The notes beneath the pieces are model-generated. The model was not told the DNA's origin, did not search any database, and saw only the letters and a program-made list of their open reading frames with translations. Shown here piece by piece: positions 9,628 to 19,307 of a DNA stretch of 64,000 nt; position 1 is the stretch's first letter; each line of letters starts with the position of its first letter. The DNA comes from Anaerolineae bacterium (GTDB lineage: Bacteria > Chloroflexota > Anaerolineae > Promineifilales > Promineifilaceae): assembly GCA_023384355.1 (NCBI GenBank), contig JAHDWL010000002.1, positions 159,667 through 223,666 on the forward strand, given 5' to 3'. A program made the translations under genes and the position numbers.

Positions 9628-9666
9628 GGCATCCGTATTGCCTGACCGAATGGAAACGACAGCGAT

Positions 9667-10707
9667 ATGAGCAATAATAACGGCGAGATAAACGAAACGT
9701 CCCAAGTGAATGGTCGACCTCTACTGGAGATCAAGGATTTGCATGTCTGGTATGAGTTGAAGCGGTTTGGCTTTGGTCATGCCGGCTATGTTCGGGCGGT
9801 CGACGGCGTGAACTTTTCCCTGGAGCACGGCGAGGCGATCGCCTGTGTGGGTGAGAGTGGTTGCGGGAAGTCGAGCCTGATGAAAACGATTCTTGGCTTG
9901 AATGTTCCCACCAAGGGGGATGTGATCTTCGACGATACCTCCCTAAGCACCACCAAAGGCAATGAGTTACGCCAATACCGCTCCAAAATCGGCTATGTGC
10001 AGCAAGATCCCTTTGGGGCATTGCCGCCGTTCATGAATATCGAGACAATTCTTGAAGAGCCGTTAAAAATTAACGGCGTATCTGATAAAGCCGAGCGCGC
10101 CAGCCGTATCAGGAAGATCCTTGAGGAAGTTAAGCTGACGCCGGTTGAAGAAGTATTGCCCAAGTATCCCCACATGCTGAGCGGCGGCCAGCAACAACGC
10201 GTTGTCATCGCAAGAGCGATGATCATGGAGCCGAAGTTGCTGGTAGCCGACGAGCCGGTGTCGATGCTGGACGCCTCAGTGCGCGTCGAGATCCTGCGAA
10301 TCCTGCGCAAGTTACAGGAAAGCCACAACCTGGCTGTCCTGTATATCACCCATGATCTGTCCACCGTGCGCTATTTCTCCGAGTTTATCTTCGTCATGTA
10401 CGCGGGTGAAATCGTTGAATTTGCGCGGATGGAGGACTTGCTCGACGACCCCAAACATCCATATACAAATGCATTGCTGGAAGCATCATCTGACCCAAAC
10501 GCGGATAATGCGCTTGTCCAGCGTGAAATCCCCAAGGGCGAACCGCCGAGTCTGGTGAAGCCGCCTACCGGTTGTCGGTTCCATCCACGTTGCCCGGCGT
10601 TCATGGAAGGGATATGCGATGTTAAGGAGCCGCCTAATTTTGAGGTCTCCCCCAGACATCTGGTGGCTTGTTGGCTCTATGACGAGAACAAGGGGCATGC
10701 CGTTTAA
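9667..10707 (+). CDS. Oligopeptide ABC ATPase (OppF-like)
   Basis: [34 protein letters not shown]. Confidence 0.92.
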   Translation: MSNNNGEINETSQVNGRPLLEIKDLHVWYELKRFGFGHAGYVRAVDGVNFSLEHGEAIACVGESGCGKSSLMKTILGLNVPTKGDVIFDDTSLSTTKGNELRQYRSKIGYVQQDPFGALPPFMNIETILEEPLKINGVSDKAERASRIRKILEEVKLTPVEEVLPKYPHMLSGGQQQRVVIARAMIMEPKLLVADEPVSMLDASVRVEILRILRKLQESHNLAVLYITHDLSTVRYFSEFIFVMYAGEIVEFARMEDLLDDPKHPYTNALLEASSDPNADNALVQREIPKGEPPSLVKPPTGCRFHPRCPAFMEGICDVKEPPNFEVSPRHLVACWLYDENKGHAV

Positions 10708-10915
10708 TCGATTGATCCTGATCGGTTTTGTTCTGGCTGTCATCGGCGCTGTCTTGCCGTTTCTTATCGTCATGCGAGTTGTGCCATCAACCTATTTGAC
10801 AAATTTCCTGGCCTACACTGCCTCGACTCTGGGAATTTTTCTGGCAGTAATCGGCGTGGCCATGTATGTAGGTGGGGAGCGGCGCAAAAATCGGGATGAT
10901 TGGGACGACAAGTAG
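10697..10915 (+). CDS. Small hypothetical 2-TM membrane protein (72 aa)
   Basis: ATG 10697 after AAGGGG; two hydrophobic helices and a charged C-tail (ERRKNRDDWDDK); overlaps the oppF-like stop. Confidence 0.7.
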   Translation: MPFNRLILIGFVLAVIGAVLPFLIVMRVVPSTYLTNFLAYTASTLGIFLAVIGVAMYVGGERRKNRDDWDDK

Positions 10916-10951
10916 CGACCGGCCCAATCTCCCAAAAACCCTTTTCGACTC

Positions 10952-10990
10952 ATGACCTGACAGGTTGCCGCAAATGACCTGTCAGGTTAT
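10952..10990. repeat. REP-like palindrome (ACCTGACAGGT / ACCTGTCAGGT)
   Basis: ATGACCTGACAGGT-N11-ACCTGTCAGGTTAT; a second 12-bp copy of TGTCAGGTTATT lies at 11037-11048. Confidence 0.55.
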
Positions 10991-11088
10991 TGTTTGGGCC
11001 AATTTCGCTCGGCGAAATTCTACCCAGAATGGGTGATGTCAGGTTATTATTCAGCAGGCTTGATACCACCTTCGAAAATCAGGACGAC

Positions 11089-12141
11089 GTGGAAAAAGAA
11101 AAAGACGTAATACTCGATATAAAGAACCTGCATACCCAGTTTTTCACGGAGGCCGGTGTTGTGCGTGCTGTCGACGGTATCGACTTTACCGTTAGACGTG
11201 GGGAGGTTGTGGGATTGGTGGGCGAGTCGGGCTGCGGCAAGAGCGTCACTTCGCTCTCGATCATGCGCCTGCTCAGCCGGCCGGGCAGGGTCGTCGAGGG
11301 CAAAATTATATTCGATGACCAGGATTTGCTGGAATTGCCTGAATCACGCATGGTCGAGATTCGTGGCAATCGAATTTCGATGATATTCCAGCAACCACAG
11401 AGCAGCCTGAACCCCGTTTTTCGCATCGGCGACCAACTATCGGAAGTCCTGCAAATCCATCAGGACTTGGGAAAGGATATTGGCCAAAAGCGAGCCATTG
11501 AGTTGCTGGCGATGGTCGGCGTGCCTGACCCTGAAAGACGCGCCAACGCTTACCCTCATGAGTTATCGGGAGGAATGGCCCAGCGAGTCATGATCGCCAT
11601 GGCATTGGCTTGTGTGCCGGAATTACTCATCGCAGACGAACCGACGACGGCCCTCGATGTGACGATTCAGGCCCAAATTCTCGATCTGATGCGTAACCTG
11701 CGATCGAAGATGGACACGGCCATTATCCTGATCACCCACGACCTGGGCGTCGTGGCCGAGATGTGTGATCGGGTCAATGTGATGTATGCCGGGCGAATTG
11801 TGGAACAAGCGCCGGTAATTGAGTTGTTCCAGGCTCCCAAGCACCCTTATACCGATGCGCTCATTGGATCCACACCGATTCTGGGCCACGCTGATAAACC
11901 ATTAACCACAATACCCGGCTCGGTTCCCAATCTGGTTAACCTGCCCAGCGGTTGCAAGTTTTCGCCACGGTGCAAGGCGCGACTCCAGTATAACCTGGAG
12001 ATATGCCTGCATGAGGAACCGGAACTCAAGTTACTGTCTCCCGGCCACACGGTGCGTTGCTGGTTATATGAGGATTTGCCCGAGATGGCTGACGCACCGG
12101 AAGGTCTGTGGATGGCCGACCGCCGGGAAATTGCTCATTGA
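11089..12141 (+). CDS. Second oligopeptide ABC ATPase (OppD-like)
   Basis: [34 protein letters not shown]; GTG start 11089 after AGGA. Confidence 0.92.
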   Translation: MEKEKDVILDIKNLHTQFFTEAGVVRAVDGIDFTVRRGEVVGLVGESGCGKSVTSLSIMRLLSRPGRVVEGKIIFDDQDLLELPESRMVEIRGNRISMIFQQPQSSLNPVFRIGDQLSEVLQIHQDLGKDIGQKRAIELLAMVGVPDPERRANAYPHELSGGMAQRVMIAMALACVPELLIADEPTTALDVTIQAQILDLMRNLRSKMDTAIILITHDLGVVAEMCDRVNVMYAGRIVEQAPVIELFQAPKHPYTDALIGSTPILGHADKPLTTIPGSVPNLVNLPSGCKFSPRCKARLQYNLEICLHEEPELKLLSPGHTVRCWLYEDLPEMADAPEGLWMADRREIAH

Positions 12142-12151
12142 GGTAATGCGG

Positions 12152-13249
12152 ATGCCAGAAGAGATTTACCACCAGACCCCAGCTGCGGCCGTTGCGCCTC
12201 GCAAGAAACTGATCGAAGTCAGGAACCTCGTTAAATATTTCCCGGTGCGGGCCGGGTTACTACAGCGCGTTCAGGCGTGGGTCAAGGCTGTGGACGATGT
12301 GTCGTTCTTTATCAACGAAGGCGAAACATTCGGCTTGGTCGGAGAGTCGGGTTGCGGCAAAACGACTGTCGGCCGGACGATCCTTCGTCTCATCCCGGCG
12401 ACCTCGGGCGAAGTGATTATGGACGGCGAAAACATCTTCGACTACAAATCATCTGAACTGAAGAAGATGCGCGCCGAGATGCAGATTATATTTCAGGACC
12501 CGTATTCATCGCTGGATCCCCGTTTGCCGATTGGCGAGAGCATTTCCGAGGGGTTACGAATCCACACCAACATGAATGCCCAGGAGCGATATGACATCGT
12601 GACTGAAATGCTGACGCGCGTCGGTATGCGTGCCGAACATGCCCGACGCTACCCGCATGAATTCTCGGGTGGTCAGCGACAACGAATTGGCATTGCACGG
12701 GCTTTGGCCCTGCAACCGAAATTCATCGTCTGCGATGAACCGGTTTCAGCCCTTGATGTGTCTATCCAGGCCCAGGTGCTCAACATCCTGCGCGAATTAC
12801 AGCGCGACTTTGGGTTAACCTATCTCTTCATCGCCCATAACCTGAGTGTTGTGGAGCATTTCAGCGAACGTGTCGGTGTGATGTATCTGGGCAAGATGGT
12901 AGAGATGGCTCCCCGCGATCAGCTCTATAGCGATCCGCTCCACCCCTATACACAGGCGCTGATGTCGGCTATTCCTGTGCCTGATCCCACGTACAAGCGA
13001 CAGCGCATCCTGCTGGAGGGAGACGTCCCCAGCCCTTTGAACCCGCCAACGGGTTGTCGCTTCCATACACGCTGCCCAATTGCTTTTGACCTTTGCTCAC
13101 AGCAGGAACCAGAGTTCAAGGATTACGGCAATGGGCATTATGCCGCCTGTCATTGGCTCGAGACCGGCAATCAGGGAGCCAGCAAGCTGACGCCCGATAA
13201 TATTGCCGCTAGGAAAGGGCGCGACGCCGCCGAAAAGGTGGTTCATTAG
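12152..13249 (+). CDS. Second oligopeptide ABC ATPase (OppF-like)
   Basis: [39 protein letters not shown]; RBS GAGGT. Confidence 0.92.
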   Translation: MPEEIYHQTPAAAVAPRKKLIEVRNLVKYFPVRAGLLQRVQAWVKAVDDVSFFINEGETFGLVGESGCGKTTVGRTILRLIPATSGEVIMDGENIFDYKSSELKKMRAEMQIIFQDPYSSLDPRLPIGESISEGLRIHTNMNAQERYDIVTEMLTRVGMRAEHARRYPHEFSGGQRQRIGIARALALQPKFIVCDEPVSALDVSIQAQVLNILRELQRDFGLTYLFIAHNLSVVEHFSERVGVMYLGKMVEMAPRDQLYSDPLHPYTQALMSAIPVPDPTYKRQRILLEGDVPSPLNPPTGCRFHTRCPIAFDLCSQQEPEFKDYGNGHYAACHWLETGNQGASKLTPDNIAARKGRDAAEKVVH

Positions 13250-13262
13250 GATCTCCGGACCT

Positions 13263-14204
13263 TTATCCGTCTCGCTTCCCAAGCGCCGTCGGGCTTCGCA
13301 CGGCATTCTCCGCCAACTCGACGATTTTCCCGGCAACATTAATACCGGTGGCTTTCTCGATCCCCTCCAGGCCTGGGGATGAATTGACCTCCAGCAGCAG
13401 GGGGCCACGTCGCGACAGGATAAGGTCCACCCCGGCCACCGCCAGGCCGTGGGCCGCGGCGGCCGCCACGGCCAGAGCCGCTGTCGGCTTGTCCGGCACG
13501 AAAGGGGCGGCGGTCGCGCCACGGTGAAGGTTGGCCCGAAATTCCCCGCCGGGAGCCTGACGCTCCATCGCTGCGACGCATTGGTCGCCGACCACGATGA
13601 GTCTGAGGTCTCGGCCGCCCGCCTCGGCGATGAACTCTTGCACGATTGCTTGCCGGTTCAGCTCGGCAGCGCGTTGCAATAGCGCTGAGATAGTCGCCAT
13701 TTGATGGGCCAGAAACACGCCGCGCCCCTGTGTGCCGTGTATGAGTTTGACCACAGCGGGCAAACCGCCAACCGCTTCGACGGCCGCGTAGAGTGCTTCC
13801 GGCCGCGCGACGACGGCCGTTCGGGGGATTGGTAGCCCGGCTTGAGCCATGGTTTGCAAGCTTTGAAGTTTATCGCGAGAGCAGGTGATGGCGTAGGAGG
13901 AAGCCGTGGTGGGGATGCCGGCCGATTCAAATTGGCGAACGACCGCCAGACCATAAAAGGTCACTGAGGTGCCGATGCGGGGGATGACGGCGTCCAGCGC
14001 GGGGAGCATCAACGGTCTGGTCATGTCGGGCAGCTCGGCAACCATCATCTGCGGACGGTTGGGCGAGCTGCCATCGTCCCCGATGTGCACGGCAACACGA
14101 GTCGTGTCGATAATTTCTGCCACATGACCGCGATCGCGAATCTCCGACGCAAGCCGTCGAGTGCTGAACAGATTTGGGTTACGGGAGAGGATGCCGATGC
14201 GCAT
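13263..14204 (-). CDS. rimK: RimK-family ATP-grasp alpha-L-glutamate ligase
   Basis: MRIGILSRNPNLFSTRRL, VIPRIGTSVTFYG, GTQGRGV, QEFIAE, FRANLHRG, LEVNSSPGLEGIE. Confidence 0.88.
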   Translation of the reverse strand: MRIGILSRNPNLFSTRRLASEIRDRGHVAEIIDTTRVAVHIGDDGSSPNRPQMMVAELPDMTRPLMLPALDAVIPRIGTSVTFYGLAVVRQFESAGIPTTASSYAITCSRDKLQSLQTMAQAGLPIPRTAVVARPEALYAAVEAVGGLPAVVKLIHGTQGRGVFLAHQMATISALLQRAAELNRQAIVQEFIAEAGGRDLRLIVVGDQCVAAMERQAPGGEFRANLHRGATAAPFVPDKPTAALAVAAAAAHGLAVAGVDLILSRRGPLLLEVNSSPGLEGIEKATGINVAGKIVELAENAVRSPTALGKRDG

Positions 14205-14316
14205 GATGCAGGTAATTGTCCGTCTGACAGTCGTCGGAGGCCACTAATCGGGACGCCACGCATTTTGACCACCCTATCGCTTGTCGTTACAATCCATCCG
14301 GCATGGAGCAATCCGA

Positions 14317-15090
14317 ATGAGCGAAACTTTTGTCATCGTTCCTACCTATAATGAGGCCGATAACCTGGATGAGTTGCTGGAGCAATTGCTCGCTCTTCCG
14401 GACCAGATTGGCGTCATAGTTGTGGACGACAACTCGCCCGACGGAACCGGCGATATGGCTGATCGCTGGGAGGGGCTTTATCCCGGCCGCGTCTACGCTC
14501 TTCACCGCCCGGCCAAGCTGGGGTTGGGCACGGCCTACATTGCCGGGTTTAACAAGGCGATCCATGAGATTGGCGCGGAGCGCATCCTGACAATGGATGC
14601 TGATTTTTCCCATAACCCGCGTTACATTCCCGATATGATCGCGATGAGTCGCAGCAAGCATGTTGTCATCGGTTCACGATATGTGCCGGGCGGAGGCACG
14701 CGCAACTGCACCCGGAAGCGGATCTATCTAAGTCGCTTGGCGAATTTTACGGCGCGGGCGCTGCTCGGCCTGAAAGCGAAGGACGCCACGGCCGGGTTTC
14801 GTCTCTATCGTCGCGAGGTGTTGCTATCCATCCCTCTGAACGAGATATTCTCCAGCGGATATTCATTTTTGGTCGAGATGTTGTTTCTCTGTCAGCGTCG
14901 TGGCTGGCAAATCGGCGAAGTCCCGATAATTTTTGAGGACCGGCGAAAAGGAAAGACCAAAATATCCCGGCAGGAAATCTTCAAGGCCCAGTATACTGTG
15001 ATGCGGCTGTTCGTGCGTCGTCTGCGCGGCGGAGAGCCGCGTCGACCGGCTGTTGCTGTCGCGCCTGTCACCGGTAATGATAAAAGTTAA
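14317..15090 (+). CDS. Polyprenol monophosphomannose synthase-like glycosyltransferase (GT2)
   Basis: IVPTYNEADN, VVDDNSPDGT, KLGLGTAY, MDADFSHNP, VIGSRYVPGG, DATAGFR. Confidence 0.9.
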   Translation: MSETFVIVPTYNEADNLDELLEQLLALPDQIGVIVVDDNSPDGTGDMADRWEGLYPGRVYALHRPAKLGLGTAYIAGFNKAIHEIGAERILTMDADFSHNPRYIPDMIAMSRSKHVVIGSRYVPGGGTRNCTRKRIYLSRLANFTARALLGLKAKDATAGFRLYRREVLLSIPLNEIFSSGYSFLVEMLFLCQRRGWQIGEVPIIFEDRRKGKTKISRQEIFKAQYTVMRLFVRRLRGGEPRRPAVAVAPVTGNDKS

Positions 15091-15982
15091 TTGTAATCTG
15101 TGTGGCCGGGATGATTATCGCGTCCGTTTTCCGGCCACGGCAAATGGAGACGCGCTCCATGTCGAGGCTTTCCGTTGTACCCATCCCGGATATGGCCATC
15201 ATGGCCAGATAGTTGAATGTCGTAATTGCGGCCTGGTATATGCCAATCCGCGCTGGCCCGCCGACGATGTGCTGGAAGCGTATACGGCGGTCGAGGATAT
15301 GACCTATGTGGAGGAGCGGGAGGGGCGCGAGCTCACCTTCCGACACCACCTTCGCCGGATAGAACGGATTGCAGGACCGGCCGCTGGTCGTGACTTGCTC
15401 GATGTAGGCGCTTATATCGGCGTTTTTGTCGAGGCGGCGATCGAAGCCGGATGGCGAGCGCGTGGGATCGAGCCGTCGGAATGGGCAGCGGCCGAGGCCC
15501 GGCGGCGCGGTCTTGACGTCCGGACGGGCACGCTGGAAACGGCTGCGTTGCCCGAAGAATCATTTGATGTGCTCACCCTCTGGGATGTCATCGAGCATCT
15601 GGCCGACCCGGCGACCGAACTGGAACGGGCGCGCAAGCTGCTGCGACCCGACGGCTGGCTGGTCGTCCATACCATGGACATCGACGCGCCGATAGCCCGT
15701 CTTCTGGGGCGGCGATGGCCGTGGTTGATGGATATGCACCTTTATTTTTTCAGCGCGAAAACATTGGAGCGGATGCTGGCCGAACATGGGTATGAGGTTG
15801 TCTGGCAGGGACCAGAGGGGCGGTATCTAAGCCTGGGGTATTTGGCTTCGCGTGTCGCGGCTATGCAGGCGGTCCTGGGGCGTGTCGCTCGCGCAGTAGT
15901 GAATGGTCTGGGCTGGCAGCACGCCGAAGTTAGTGTCAATACCGGCGATTTAAGAACGTTTATCTGCCGGCGTGTGCGTTAG
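15077..15982 (+). CDS. Class I SAM-dependent methyltransferase with N-terminal Cys-rich segment
   Basis: LLDVGAYIG motif I, FDVLTLWDVIEHL; N-terminal CNLCG...CRNCG. Confidence 0.85.
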   Translation: MIKVNCNLCGRDDYRVRFPATANGDALHVEAFRCTHPGYGHHGQIVECRNCGLVYANPRWPADDVLEAYTAVEDMTYVEEREGRELTFRHHLRRIERIAGPAAGRDLLDVGAYIGVFVEAAIEAGWRARGIEPSEWAAAEARRRGLDVRTGTLETAALPEESFDVLTLWDVIEHLADPATELERARKLLRPDGWLVVHTMDIDAPIARLLGRRWPWLMDMHLYFFSAKTLERMLAEHGYEVVWQGPEGRYLSLGYLASRVAAMQAVLGRVARAVVNGLGWQHAEVSVNTGDLRTFICRRVR

Positions 15983-16061
15983 GGTTTGAATGGCAGGGGC
16001 ATGATGAACGATATCGTGATATACTGGCCATGCAGGTACAGAAGTACTGGGGTTATGACGC

Positions 16062-16757
16062 ATGGATCCGATTAAGGTACTAATTGTTGACGATCATCCT
16101 CTCTTTCGACAGGGGATCGCCGATGTATTGGAGAACGATCCAGGGTTGTCCGTCGTGGCTCAGGCGGCCGATGGCGAGGTGGCTCTCCATTACGCCATGG
16201 AGTATCGCCCCGACATTGTGGTCATGGATGTCAATTTGCCCAATGCCAATGGCCTGCGTGTGACTCGTCGTATTTTGAACGATCTGCCTGAAACAAAGGT
16301 CATCATCCTGACTGGTTACGATGATGCCGAGCAGGTATTTCATGCCTTGCGGATTGGCGCAGCTGCCTATTGTTCGAAAGACATCCCTCCGGAAGGGTTA
16401 TTGAATACTGTTTTCGCCGTACATAAGGGTAACTACGTCATCCATGGCCAAGTCATGACGTATGACGAAGTTCTGAACTGGGTACAACAACGTCTTGGAC
16501 GATACAACTACCCGGTGGACGAGCAATCGGCCGAAAACTACACGCCCCTTTCACCGCGCGAAATGGAGATTTTGGAGATGGTGACACGCGGCGCGAGTAA
16601 CAAGGAAATCGCAGCGCGCCTGAACATCAGCCAGCAAACCGTCAAGAATCATATGACGGCAATCTTGCGAAAATTGAACGTGGACGATCGGACGCAAGCG
16701 GCCGTCTATGCCTTGCGTCATGGATGGGTCCGCATGGAAACTTCCTCGACCGACTAG
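16062..16757 (+). CDS. NarL/DegU-family response regulator (REC + LuxR HTH)
   Basis: VLIVDDHPLFRQG, VVMDVNLP (phospho-Asp), LSPREMEIL...NKEIA...TVKNH; no adjacent kinase. Confidence 0.92.
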   Translation: MDPIKVLIVDDHPLFRQGIADVLENDPGLSVVAQAADGEVALHYAMEYRPDIVVMDVNLPNANGLRVTRRILNDLPETKVIILTGYDDAEQVFHALRIGAAAYCSKDIPPEGLLNTVFAVHKGNYVIHGQVMTYDEVLNWVQQRLGRYNYPVDEQSAENYTPLSPREMEILEMVTRGASNKEIAARLNISQQTVKNHMTAILRKLNVDDRTQAAVYALRHGWVRMETSSTD

Positions 16758-16804
16758 GAGGCGAGGATAGGGATAGAGAAGTGTATTCGCGGAGGAACGA
16801 TATT

Positions 16805-16975
16805 ATGCGCTTCTTCAGGAGCGAAGATGGACAAGGATTAGTGGAATTTGCGTTGGTGATCGTCCTTGTCGCGGTTGTTGTGATTGCTATACTGGCTCTG
16901 TTCGGACCGGATATAGGTAACTGGATTAACAAGGCCGCCGCATGGTTAGGTGCGCTCTTCGGAATCGGTGGCTAG
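16805..16975 (+). CDS. flp: Flp-family type IVb pilin
   Basis: RBS GGAGGA; short leader MRFFRSEDG then QGLVEFAL (Glu at +5) and a hydrophobic helix; 56 aa. Confidence 0.8.
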   Translation: MRFFRSEDGQGLVEFALVIVLVAVVVIAILALFGPDIGNWINKAAAWLGALFGIGG

Positions 16976-17026
16976 AGAACAAAAATTGCAGGTCTGATAA
17001 ATTCAGCCGATCAGGGGAGTTTGCGG

Positions 17027-17329
17027 GTGGCTGACAAAGTGAATGACAATGACCGGCGGAATAAGGACGAGGACCTGAGCGAATTACGCGTTCTACGCGA
17101 CTCGCCCGTCCCGGTGACGCGGGATGCCTTTTTGGATCTCAGGGATAAGTTGTGTGCCCAGATACTGCGGACGCTTGAGCCGGGAATCGACGTAACCCAG
17201 AGGGCCCAGATACGCCCCTATGTTCATGACCGCCTGGATGCTTTGCTGGAGGAACGCAATATCGTGCTCAATCGCGGCGAGAAACGCCAGCTACTCGAGG
17301 CAATCCTGACCGGACTGAACAGCTCATAA
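17027..17329 (+). CDS. Hypothetical protein resembling the isolated N-terminal helical domain of CpaF/TadA pilus ATPases
   Basis: GTG after GGGGAG; LDLRDKL..QIL..LEPGIDV....IR..V...L..LLEERNIVLNRGEKRQLLEAI pattern recalled from CpaF N-termini; no ATPase domain follows. Confidence 0.6.
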   Translation: MADKVNDNDRRNKDEDLSELRVLRDSPVPVTRDAFLDLRDKLCAQILRTLEPGIDVTQRAQIRPYVHDRLDALLEERNIVLNRGEKRQLLEAILTGLNSS

Positions 17330-17334
17330 ACACT

Positions 17335-18081
17335 GTGAACGTCTCGGGACATCCGGTCAGAGAGACCCAAAGGTGGTTGCGTCAACTGGTGGCTTTCTGT
17401 GTGGATGTGGTTTTCCCACCCGCATGCGCCAGTTGCGGGCGGGTGGGTTGGCTGATTTGTCCGGCTTGCGAGGCGGAGATGGTCAAGGTGCCGGCACGGG
17501 TGTGCTCACGTTGTGGCCGTTTCCATGAAGTCATATTGACATCGGGGCCCGACCCGATTTGCAATGAATGTCACCAGAAGCCCCCGACGCTTACCCGGAT
17601 GCGCGCCCCCTTGTGCTACATGGAGCCGACCAGCCGAATTATCCATCGCTTTAAATATGAAGGATTGTTTGCATTGGCGGACCCATTGGCCCGGTTTCTA
17701 ATTGCCGGATGGCCGGAGTGGACGCAGCCGCCCGATCTCGTGCTACCTGTCCCCCTCCATCCGCGGCGAATGCGGCAGCGCGGCTATAATCAGTCTGAAC
17801 TGTTGGCCCGGCCATTGAGCATGGCGAAGCGTATCGCAATGGAACCGACATTACTCCAACGGACGCGCCACACAATGCCCCAGGTTGGCCTTGGCCCGGA
17901 GGATCGCCTGCAAAACGTACGCGGTGCCTTCACAGCTGATGCTGCCGGGGTCCGCGGCTGCCACGTGATGCTTGTGGACGATGTGCTGACGACGGGGGCT
18001 ACCATGTCGGCCGCAGCCGAAGCGCTTCTCGAAGCAGGGGCAACCAGCGTCGCAGCCTATTGTTTGGCACGGGTTAGCTAG
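17335..18081 (+). CDS. comF: ComF-family competence protein (double zinc ribbon + PRTase-like)
   Basis: FPPACASCG...CPAC, CSRCG...CNEC, VPLHPRRMRQRGYNQS, VDDVLTTGAT. Confidence 0.9.
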   Translation: MNVSGHPVRETQRWLRQLVAFCVDVVFPPACASCGRVGWLICPACEAEMVKVPARVCSRCGRFHEVILTSGPDPICNECHQKPPTLTRMRAPLCYMEPTSRIIHRFKYEGLFALADPLARFLIAGWPEWTQPPDLVLPVPLHPRRMRQRGYNQSELLARPLSMAKRIAMEPTLLQRTRHTMPQVGLGPEDRLQNVRGAFTADAAGVRGCHVMLVDDVLTTGATMSAAAEALLEAGATSVAAYCLARVS

Positions 18082-18190
18082 ACATGGGATAATAGAATGA
18101 CTGAGCGTTTTGCCCGACAAACGTGTAACCCGGCCGGCGGGCTTTCTGATAACGCACCCAATTTAACTTGAAAGGAGCAGGTGTAACCTT

Positions 18191-18748
18191 ATGGAACTGC
18201 AAATCTTCTCGACCAATATGGATGTCACTCCACGTTTACGTGATTACGTGGAGAAGAAGACCGCGCGACTCGATCGCTATCTTCCAAATCTCTCCAGCGT
18301 TCAGGTTGATCTGGCCATGGAGAATACGCGCAGTGCCGTGCAACGGCATGTGGCCGAGATCACTATCCGCGACGAGCGCGGCACGATTCTGCGGGCCGAA
18401 GAACGCAACAGCGATATGTTTGCAGCCATCGACGCCGTTGTGGACAAGCTCTATCGGCAGATTGAGCGGTATCGCGGAAAGGCCAAAAACCGGACGCGAG
18501 GCAAAGGTGAGGCGCAAAGCGTAGGTGAGCCACTGCCGGGTGTTGAGGAATATGTCGAAGAGGACCAGGCCATCGTTCGCTACAAGCGATTTGCCCTGCA
18601 TCCCATGTCCGCGGAAGAAGCTATCGATCAAATGGAACTGTTGGGGCACGATTTCTACGTGTTCTTCAACTCTGCGGATGACGCGGTGAACGTGATTTAC
18701 CGCCGCCGTGATGGCACTTTCGGTTTGCTTCAACCCGAAATGGGGTAG
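18191..18748 (+). CDS. hpf: Ribosome hibernation promoting factor, long form (HPF/RaiA)
   Basis: VTPRLRDYVEKK, DMFAAIDAVVDKLYRQIERY, C-terminal PMSAEEAIDQMELLGHDFYVF. Confidence 0.93.
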   Translation: MELQIFSTNMDVTPRLRDYVEKKTARLDRYLPNLSSVQVDLAMENTRSAVQRHVAEITIRDERGTILRAEERNSDMFAAIDAVVDKLYRQIERYRGKAKNRTRGKGEAQSVGEPLPGVEEYVEEDQAIVRYKRFALHPMSAEEAIDQMELLGHDFYVFFNSADDAVNVIYRRRDGTFGLLQPEMG

Positions 18749-18766
18749 GGTGGAGCGCAGTATCTT

Positions 18767-19246
18767 ATGCCCAATGTATTGATAATCTGTACCGCGAATA
18801 TTTGCCGGTCTCCGGTTGCCGCGGCGATGTTACAGGACCGTTTGCGGAAACGCGGGTTGGCAAACTGGACGGTGCGCTCGGCCGGCACGTGGGCTATCGT
18901 GGCGCGTGGCGCTTCGCGCTACAGCATTGATGTATCCCGCCGCGGCGGCCTTGATATCAGCAATCACCGCGCCAGGATGGTTGACGAAGACCAGATGAAC
19001 CAGGCCGATCTGGTACTGACGATGGAAGTCGGCCATGCCGAGGCCCTGCGAGCGGAGTTCCCGAAACAAGCTCATAAGGTGTACATGTTAACCGAGATGA
19101 CCGGCCATGCTTATAACGTCCCTGATCCATACGGTGGACCACTTGAGGGTTATGAGCAGATGTACGACAGTCTGGGTGAGTTGATCGATGGTGGGCTGGA
19201 TCGCATAATCGATCTGGCGCAAAAAAATACGAACGGCCGCGGTTGA
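18767..19246 (+). CDS. Low-molecular-weight protein tyrosine/arginine phosphatase
   Basis: P-loop CTANICRSP, SAGT, DPYGG general-acid motif. Confidence 0.9.
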   Translation: MPNVLIICTANICRSPVAAAMLQDRLRKRGLANWTVRSAGTWAIVARGASRYSIDVSRRGGLDISNHRARMVDEDQMNQADLVLTMEVGHAEALRAEFPKQAHKVYMLTEMTGHAYNVPDPYGGPLEGYEQMYDSLGELIDGGLDRIIDLAQKNTNGRG

Positions 19247-19270
19247 AAGATGTCCGCGGCCGTTATATTT
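19232..19270. terminator. Hairpin terminator between convergent genes
   Basis: AACGGCCGCGG-N11-CCGCGGCCGTT followed by ATATTTTT and preceded by an A-run. Confidence 0.6.
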
Positions 19271-19307
19271 TTGCTTGGCTATTGTGCCCGCTATCGGGCC
19301 TGAACTT

